Shown in pieces: positions 54,887-64,000 of a DNA stretch of 64,000 nucleotides; the stretch's first letter is position 1, and every line of letters starts with the position of its first letter. Source of the stretch: Chrysomallon squamiferum. Its lineage: Eukaryota; Animalia; Mollusca. A program made the translations under genes and the position numbers. Where the stretch lies: positions 35,712,001 through 35,776,000 of the forward strand of contig CM022671.1 in the NCBI GenBank assembly GCA_012295275.1, given 5' to 3'. Below the pieces are notes generated by a model. That model ran no database searches, was not told the origin of the DNA, and worked only from the letters and a program-made list of their open reading frames with translations.

Positions 54887-56654
54887 TCATAGTGCTGCTA
54901 CTACTGCTATTAATAATTAAGAAATCTGAATCAACCGGATGTGAAGAAACTAAAATATAAACCGAAACATGAACCGGACCAATTCATTATTTTGGAGTGT
55001 TTATTATGCTTTGATGGTAGCAATTTTTATTTTATTTAGTAACTCAAAATAAATTTGTGTTAATTATAACTTTCTCACAACGCTTTTACTATATTGTTAT
55101 TTTTATAAACTTAGCTTCACAAAGTGACAACAATGCCAAAAAAAGAAAAAAAAAGAAGAAGAAAATATAAGATTTACACGACACACTTCTGACAAGCCCC
55201 ACATTCCTACTTCCCGCCTCGCCATACCGCCTGTCTAGATCGTCTCATCGATTGAATTAAGAAGAAGAAGAAGGTGAAAGAGAGAGAGAAATGTACGTGT
55301 CAATATAACTTTATTTTGTTTCAGCAAGTTTGCTCAGTTTGCTCCGTGGCCGGACTTTCCGAGGCCTAACGCCGTCAATCGATATGTTTACGTTTTCGCG
55401 CCCTTTTCTCGCCGCAGACGAACACGCACCGCCAGCGTTGTGTTTAGACAAGGTCAGTTTCGGTAGTTTTCCACTGAAACGAAAACTACGCAGAGGTCGT
55501 TTCCATGTCGATTTCACGTCAACGTGGCGAAAAGTTTGCTGCGTGTTCATGAATCATTCCACAAAAAAAAAAAAAAAAAAATTGTTTGTGCCGGCAATTT
55601 TAATCTTTTACAATAAATTGCATCGGCTCTTGCAATATATCATAACATTCCACCGAGGTAAAAATGGAATTTGTCTTTTATGCCTCTCCAAGAGAAGATA
55701 AATTACCTTCGTTTTATACAAAGGCCGTATCCCCGGACCATGAACCTTTAAACTTGTTTGACACTAAAATACCAATGCAGCGACACATTATGCAACACAG
55801 CACACAAAACAGTAATTTGATCAATCCTCTATTTGTTTTTTAACACTTCATAGTAATCACGTTAACATTTGGTATCAATAAATAAATATGCAAATTAATT
55901 TACATATTTATAGGATGGATTGAGTTGTTCGGTATTCTTATTGCTCAACACGTGATATATGTTTTAAAGTGGTTGTTAGTAACAGAATAGTAAGCTATAA
56001 GGTGAAGTAAATTCGAGGTTCAAAAGCGATCGAATAAAATGTTTAAACTGAACTTACTCTGTACAGTTAAGTACCTAACACAGATATCTGATGGGTGATA
56101 GTTTTAGAACGTAGTATGCGTACGTTTTGTATTTCTAGAAGGAGATTTTTTTTTGTTTTTTACGTATAACTCGTTTGAAAAGTTGTAGATACAAAAAGGA
56201 TACAATTTTAACATAAATCTAATATCCACAGATCTGTGACCTACTTTAACGTTTCAATTTCTTTGTACCACGGGTTATGCCCCTTGTATTAAGTATCTCA
56301 ACTGAGGAAGTGGGTTTAATGCACCGATGAACACGGTACTGCGCTTAAACCGGAAACGACGGTATTTAGGCAACGCCGGCAGCATCAGCAATTGTCGCAA
56401 TGGCCACAGCAACGTTAGTAATAAATAACAAAACAACCACGACATAAAATTAATGAGAATTTGTAATACCATAGTTTAACTGTCAGCACTACTATTTACA
56501 CTACTAGCAGTAAGACATTAAATTACTTCTGTTTACTATTACAACAACAACAACAACTACTACTACTACTACAACTATATCTACTACTACTTCTTATACA
56601 GTTTTTCACAAAAGGATTTTATTCAAAACAATTTTTTTTTTAAATGTTAGGTGG

Positions 56655-56733
<79 letters not shown>

Positions 56734-57132
56734 GCTTATTGATTTGTCCAGGTACATGTTGGATATGTCACTGAGTAATTAATACGTATTTTCATACACG
56801 TAGACATGTCTGTGTCTCGCTTTGCTATGTTTGTGCACAGACACGTACACGCAATTGTAAAAAAAATAATTTACAGCCGACACTGAATTACTGAAATATT
56901 TTATGAGCAATGAACACCGTTCTAATATAGTCTGTTGTTGTTTTTATATCACAGTGTACTGTTACTTCCTCACACGAAACAGTGTGTTCAGCAAAAACCG
57001 TTCTAACGTTGTTTTCGTTTTTAAACTCTTTCCTTTTTGAACTCTTCTGTTACCAAAAAATGAATAAACATTTAATGACATCTCAGCATATTTTAATATC
57101 ACCCATAAGTATGTTCTAGGTACTACTACCAC

Positions 57133-57169
<37 letters not shown>

Positions 57170-57184
57170 AATTAAAAAATTAAA

Positions 57185-57222
<38 letters not shown>

Positions 57223-57828
57223 CATCATTTTATAATAAAGGATGAGAAAAGAAAACTGGCAATTTTCTACTCTAGATCAGGAATATTTTATCACATCACA
57301 TGGCCTTGTTTTTGGACAGGCAAAACTCGTCGGACATCTTTAGAACGGGAAATAGCCCATCGAGGAGGACAGATCTCGGAACGCAGAAGGAAAGAGTTAC
57401 AACATGCTTTGCTTCAAAGTGCATGCAGAAATGTTAATCTCATTTATTGATACACTAGCCCTGTTTAAACAGTTAAACGAAAAAAACAAAAAAACTATGA
57501 AGTAAAAAAGAGAAAAAAAAGTTACATACATATTGATGATTAATGCACGGGGCGTCTGTTACATTCATTGCAGTTTTCTCAAGAGGCGTTTTGAAGTGTG
57601 TACATCGCCTGTTATCAAGAAAACATCAACTACTGCAACATCCGGACTCGATTTTTGCACTCGCTTTCCAAAAATACACCTAAGTGTGGCTCGCATTAGA
57701 AAGAAGGGGGGGGGGAATATTATATGCAAATTTAAAGTAAGTAAATAAATGTAGTTTAAATAAAATTTAAAATAAATAAATAAATAAATAAATAAATATT
57801 AATTCTGTTATGACAAAAACAGTTTTAG

Positions 57829-58021
57829 TAAAGTGGGATTGTAATAAAAGGTGTAGGACGTACATGACGGAAAATATTTCCTTTCTTTCTAAAAACAACT
57901 TTGTTAATTATTCCTTTCATTTCAGCAGTCAGTAAATTTTTGGCAAAGTTTGTGTATTAATTAGTTTACAAGATTTGTTTATTTTTCAGTGCAGGAAATG
58001 ATTTCATAAGCACAAGAAAAA
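57829..58021 (+). repeat. Dispersed ~200-bp repeat, copy 2, followed by an A-rich (TAAA/CAAA) tail
   Basis: Same orientation as, and colinear with, 24869-25067. Confidence 0.85.
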
Positions 58022-58289
58022 ATAAATTAATAAATTAATAACTAAACAAACAAACAAACAAATAAATAACTAAATAGATAAATAAATATATAAATACTAA
58101 TCCTTTAATGACAAAAACAATTTTTTTTTTTTTTTTTTTTTTAAAGAAAAGAAAAAATAAAAAAAAGTATATAAATGAATTAAAAAAAAATATGTCTATG
58201 TGTATCTTTTTTTTATTCATTTATAATTTTATTTATTAATAATTTTGTTAAAATAATAAAAGTAAAATATATGTATATAATTATTATAA

Positions 58290-58435
58290 TAATTAAATTA
58301 ATAAATAAAATAATATTAAATAAAATAAAATTAATAAATAAAATAATATTAAATAAAATTAAATAAATAAATAAAATAATATTAAATAAAATTAAATTAA
58401 TAAATAAAATAATATTAAATAAAATTAAATAACTA
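58290..58435. repeat. Pure AT 33-bp tandem repeat (AATAAATAAAATAATATTAAATAAAATTAAATT)
   Basis: About 4 copies; gives the repeated LFNIILFINLI peptide in a spurious ORF. Confidence 0.85.
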
Positions 58436-58568
58436 AACAAAATACACAATGGTTACAAATATTTATTAAATGTTAAATAAATATATTTAATTATAACCTT
58501 GGAAGTTTACCACGTGTACAGAATAAAATTCTATCGGCTGTGCAACAGTTAGTCATGATAATTACCGT

Positions 58569-58638
58569 GTCACGTGACCTCCACTCATGCTTTGATTAGT
58601 CATGGTACATAGTACATTAAGTTGACCTCGTGTGACCT
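58569..58638. promoter_or_regulatory. Composite E-box (GTCACGTGAC) + nuclear-receptor DR4 element, copy A
   Basis: GTCACGTGACCT at 58569-58580; TGACCT-cgtg-TGACCT at 58623-58638. Confidence 0.55.
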
Positions 58639-58727
58639 GTTACTACTGCAGGGCTGGTGGGTGTGTTATGTACTGTAATAAAATTATGACATTTATTGTA
58701 CTAAATGCTATGTGAAATCTGCACGGC

Positions 58728-58759
<32 letters not shown>

Positions 58760-59075
58760 TATATATCTATCTACATTACCTTTCATTATTCATATGTCAT
58801 CAATATTTTTTTAATCCGCATCAAATACCGAAATTGATCTTGTAAGGTTCTAAAATTTAAAATTTAAAATTTAAAATTTAATTTATATATTTTATATAAA
58901 AGTTTTTTCTTATAATATAGTATGATTCCAGTAACTAAAAAGTTCAGATAAATTTTCAGACAATATTATCAAGTAAAATGAATTTGATTTAATATATTAC
59001 AAAATAAATGTTATATCAGAATGTAAAACAAAATGTAATGGGGTTTAATGTTTATGTAATTCTCAATAAACGAAA

Positions 59076-59137
<62 letters not shown>

Positions 59138-59420
59138 GTCTCAGTTCTACATTTCATTAAGATCAACAGGTCTGTTTACACAATAACAACTACCACGACG
59201 TAACAACAGCTACTGCAACAGCAGAACATTAACTATCAGTACCATTGTTACTTTATTTAATTTATCACTTTCCACATTTTTGTTAGTTTGTTTGTTTGTT
59301 TGTTTGTTTATTTATTTTCCACTGGAGGCTTGTTCCTATAACCTCATCAACTTGAAATTTTTTGACTGCATGTTATTTTCCCATTCAGTCCTTTTAGGTT
59401 TATGATCTTTCAAAATCTAC

Positions 59421-59465
<45 letters not shown>

Positions 59466-59679
59466 TTAAAATTAAAATTAAAAAAGTTAAAAAGATAAAA
59501 TAAAAATAAAAAATTAATTGAAAATAAATATTTTAATTGAAAATAAACTTTAGGTGCATTCTTTTGTAATAAATAAATAATTAATTACATTTTTGTACTG
59601 GAATGAAAAATAAAAAAATAATTAAAAAAACTAAAACGAAACCTAAAGAGAAGCAAAGGAATGAACTCTTCCACAGAAC

Positions 59680-60190
59680 ATTTCCCGCCGCCTAGGCCAC
59701 ACCCCTTTTGAAAAACCATAGTTGCGTCTGAAATATTTAGTCCAAAATCGAGTTTCAAAATCTTCCACCATACAACGGTATTTTTTCATTGACGCCCTGA
59801 TCGAGTTTAATTTAAACAGTTTATTTTGGCGCCTTTCCCATCAAAATGGCGCGGAATTTAGCCTTATATATAAATATTTTTTTTCAGAAGAAAAAGACGC
59901 TCCTGATGGTGGTGGGCGGAGTCACAGAAGTAACGTCCTACTCGAGCTGGAAGAAGTGTAAGCAAGCGACCGGGCATGTCAATCAAAGAGGAAAGGAAAA
60001 ATACTACGAGCGGCCAATGACCTGGCGACTTGCCCAGTCTAGCCTCGGGGCGGGCAGACTTGCCAGCGTGTCGTTTTCAAGTCAATGAAACATTGCTTAG
60101 CACAAAAAGCGCGCGACACGTGACAGCTTTTTATGAATGGGAGTAGATTACCTCCGTCCTCCGTACCGTCGCACGCAACCTGGGCGTGCA
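59680..60190. promoter_or_regulatory. CpG-rich promoter-like island (E2F, KLF/Sp, YY1, CCAAT, E-box motifs)
   Basis: TTTCCCGC 59681, CCACACCC 59697, TTTGGCGC 59825, CAAAATGGCG 59842, GGGCGG 59914, CCAAT 60014, GGGGCGGG 60047, CACGTG 60117. Confidence 0.45.
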
Positions 60191-60621
60191 CATGTGTGTG
60201 TGAAGAAAATAGTTTGAAGAAAATAAAATAAATAAATTAATAAATAATAATAAAAATAAACGGATAAAATAAATTAATAATAAATAAGAAGAAAATAATA
60301 AATTTAACACGAAAATCTCCAGCAATATTCTTTCATACACTGCACGCAAGAATTTAGCAAATTTCCTCAAATTTTGAACATTTTGCTTTGACAAGTTACT
60401 GCTGGTAATACACCACTTTTATAAATTTAATAATAACATTTAATAAATCATTATTTGATAGTTTTATCTGAAAAGTATCGTGTTAAATAACAGCAACATA
60501 TGGATTTAAAATAAAATAAATGAATTAAAAAAAATTAAATATTTCAAAGTTACATAACAGTTAAAAATACAGGATATCTATTTATAAAGTGGTATTAAAA
60601 TTATATATTGTATTCAGAAGT

Positions 60622-60652
<31 letters not shown>

Positions 60653-60718
60653 CCAATAATAATAATAATAATAAATAAATTTAAAAAATCTACCGCATGC
60701 ATCTGAATCACCATTCTC

Positions 60719-60760
60719 GTCACGTGACCTCGTGCAGCCCAAATTGACCTCTGTTGACCT
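60719..60760. promoter_or_regulatory. Composite E-box (GTCACGTGAC) + nuclear-receptor DR4 element, copy B
   Basis: GTCACGTGACCT at 60719-60730; TGACCT-ctgt-TGACCT at 60745-60760. Confidence 0.55.
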
Positions 60761-61983
60761 GATTATGAAAACAGTTTAGTATTTAGTGTAATAGCAATGA
60801 AACTGAAACAACAGTAACAAACACAGCTTGTGAGAAAAAATTAACTAAATAAAAGAAATAATAAATGAAAAAGTTGAAGTTGAAACGGTTTAGAAAACAA
60901 GGCACAGAAAGAGAGAAAAACTGAAAAAGATAAAAATAGATAGATTTGGATTGAAAGAAAAATGTTCTTTAATTATATTACAGGTAAAAAAGATGAATCA
61001 TGCCAAATTAAATAGAAAACAACTACTAATAAATATATAAATAGCAAATAAATAAACAAATTAAATAAATAAATAAATTATATAATAATAATAAATAACT
61101 ATAGAAACTAATAATTAAAATATAAACAGAAAAATAAATAAAAAGAAACAAAACAAAATGAAGAAAAAAAATGAGTATATTTGAAATTTTCTCTTTATTC
61201 ATTAATTATTAATTAGTATTTTATTTATATATTTTTTATTTATTTGTATTAATACTGTTACTGTTGTTGTTGTCGTTGTGGTAACAGTAAAGTACACGTG
61301 TCATACATTTTGTCATCACAAACGGACTCTGATCTATTTTTAGATTTTCCACGTCAGACAGTTTTATATTCAATTTATCTCTTATTGTATTATTTTTAGC
61401 AATATTATCAGTCGACCATAATCCATCATCCGCTCATTGATAAATCAATCAGTACGTCCGTCTGGTCACATTTTATTCCTCTTCCAGTACTCACCGGTCT
61501 TTCGTTTATCTTATCCCTGTGACAGATTGCCCTCGAGTCTGCGTGTCTGCTGTCTGTTTGCTGATTTGAAAAAAAAAAAAAATTATTCACAAGTGTTTTA
61601 ATACATTTCTTTTCAAATAAAATTATTTTTTCCAATTTCAGTTGTTATTATTAATACTGATTAATATTCACTGCTGGTGTCTGAAAAGAAAACTACATTT
61701 TCTAGAAAGTTTAAATATTTATCTTTTGTGTCAAAGAATGTGGCGTTATTTAAAAAAAAAAAAAAAAAAATGTATTGTAAAAATCGTTTTCCATTTTAAG
61801 TGACACTTTACAATCCATTCACGAGAATTAAATACAAGAATGTTATTAAATAAAATTTTCTTCCTGAGGCTGACAATAGATAGATCCGTCGTTTTTTTTT
61901 TTTTTTTTTTTTGACCTGATCCAACAGAGAAACTCTAAACACCGGACTCTGCAGACACAGAGACAAACACGTGTACAGAAATA

Positions 61984-62048
<65 letters not shown>

Positions 62049-63142
62049 ACACACACACACACAGGCACGCACACACACACAACAGCAGGTTTTACAAGAA
62101 CAGACGAGAACTGGAGACTAAAACAGATTTAACATTTCACTGTACTTGATATATGATGACCTTTACACTGACCCTGGTCAACAGCGGTCAGCAGTTGTAG
62201 AAGTAGTACAACATCTCGCGCACACACGACCTTGCCCTGACTTCGTAAGAAACATCTGTAGTCTGTTCGTCTGCTGATTGCAATGAAGTATGTCACGTGA
62301 CAGCTAGTCTCAGGACAGGTCCAGGGGGAAAGTGGGAGGGGCAATCTGGATAATCTGCTTAATTTCACAAATATACGTTGTAGAGAGTTAAATAGTTGTC
62401 TTCAGTGTCTTCTTCATTTATATTTACTAAGATTATTCAGATTAAAACTGTTTCTATTCCGTGCCGGTTTCTAAAGAAGATTATTTTCACATTTTATAAA
62501 GTGTCGGTGAGCATAAAGTTACAAGTAAAAATCATGTTTCTGTTTTTTCTATTTAAACTTTATTCTGGATGCTCATTCCCCCCGCCCCCCAAAAAAAAAA
62601 AAAAAAAATAAAAAAAAAAAAAAAAAAAAATAAAAAATAAAAATAAAAATTATTAAAAAAAAAATAAAAAGTAAATAAATAAATAAAATTTAAAAAATAA
62701 AAAACCACCCCAAAAACCACCAAAAAAGAAACTAAAAGAAAACCATAAAAAATACCCTAACAAAACAAAAACAAAACAACAACAAATAAAAAACAAACAA
62801 AACAAAACAACAGTAGTATCTACTTTTCACATCTAACATTTTACACTGACATATTCAGGTGGTCGGAATTGCCAGATTCCAGTTAAAATTGCTGAACACG
62901 TGTGAAAGTTGTTTTAGTAGACAAACACGAGTGTTGTCACTCGTAACTAAAACGTATTTCAAAACAGTGAAGTATTTTGTACATGTTTGAGTGTGCGTGT
63001 GAGTGTGAGTGTGTATGTTTGTGTTTATGAGTGCGACATAGAGAGAAATAAGAGAATAAGAAAGATACAGAGAAAAAAAGAAAGTAATATATACACAGAA
63101 AGAGGCTGGGAAAGAGAGCGAAAGAAAGAGACTGAGAGAAAT

Positions 63143-63144
<2 letters not shown>

Positions 63145-63237
<93 letters not shown>
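63145..63237. repeat. (AG)n microsatellite
   Basis: Direct reading. Similar (AG)/(CT)/(GT) tracts occur at ~48988-49059, 49744-49812, 50758-50823, 56656-56730, 59080-59132 and 61988-62080. Confidence 0.95.
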
Positions 63238-63240
<3 letters not shown>

Positions 63241-64000
63241 TAATTAATAAACCAAACATTTGAACTATCATCTTTCTGAAGTGTTCCAGTTTTAATCTTG
63301 CAAATAAGTCAGACCAACTTTTTTTTTTTTCTTCTAGATATGTAACCAGGTTTCTCGTTAGAGTAATATTAAATCTGTGTTTGACTATGATTAATGTTTC
63401 GGCACGACACAAACGAATTCTTGTTTTTACTGTAAGATAAAAGTTTGCCGTTTCTTTCACTTACTCATAGCGGCCTACTTTCATGCCTCCGAAATTTCCA
63501 AATATTTCACCGGTCAACCCGCATTTCCTGACACGAGTTTCCGCTCTGCTGAAATAACTCTTAACTGTCACACAGCCAGTCTTGAGGCCACGCAGATTAA
63601 ACCTCTCAACTTTCCTGTGGTAGTTAGCAGGATCGAATCGCGACACCGGCATTTAATTGCTGATATTTGTTGGGTTGAAATCACGAACCTGATGCGTTAA
63701 CTTCACTAATCTTCTAACACACTAACACCGTATTACACATGATCAGTGTTTTTAGCGAGAGCAGACAGACAGACAGACAGACGGAAATATTTTCACATTA
63801 GAAACTAGAGGTGAGAAATGAAATTTGATCCATTTGACAATGTTGCGTACCTTCGTATGACTTATGGTCCTACAGAAATTAGCTGAACATTACGAGAAAT
63901 GTGTTTTAAACATGAACATTTTTCAAAAAAAACAAACAAACAAAAAAAAACCACCTGAGAAAGAAGATCTGGGTGTCTGTCAAACATGATTCATTTATTG

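Overview
AT-rich, microsatellite-dense eukaryotic (metazoan invertebrate, plausibly mollusc - inference) genomic DNA, not prokaryotic. Positions ~1-25.6 kb hold the 3' end of a + strand polybromo-1 (PBRM1/BAF180) gene. It has four readable coding exons (1950-2051, 2603-2824, 20996-21107, 22025-22254) that splice in frame across GT-AG introns, including an ~18 kb intron. The encoded C-terminus carries the characteristic MFV-xPP-KTQRLLHSEAYL-YIEGL...RLP-HWL...ALW-LRD-ML-D-L signature. The stop codon appears to be split by a final intron (T|GA), and the Pro/Gly-rich exon has three possible 3' ends. CpG is visibly scarce across the gene body and becomes abundant after ~25.7-26.0 kb, as expected for invertebrate gene-body methylation. 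The remaining ~38 kb has no coding exon I can support. It contains simple repeats, minisatellites, a dispersed ~200-bp repeat, and CpG-rich islands with promoter/enhancer-like motif clusters, most notably a twice-occurring GTCACGTGAC + perfect DR4 module. Nearly all ORFs in the track are translations of simple repeats. I see no evidence of a novel multi-gene system; the interesting signals are splicing-level and cis-regulatory.
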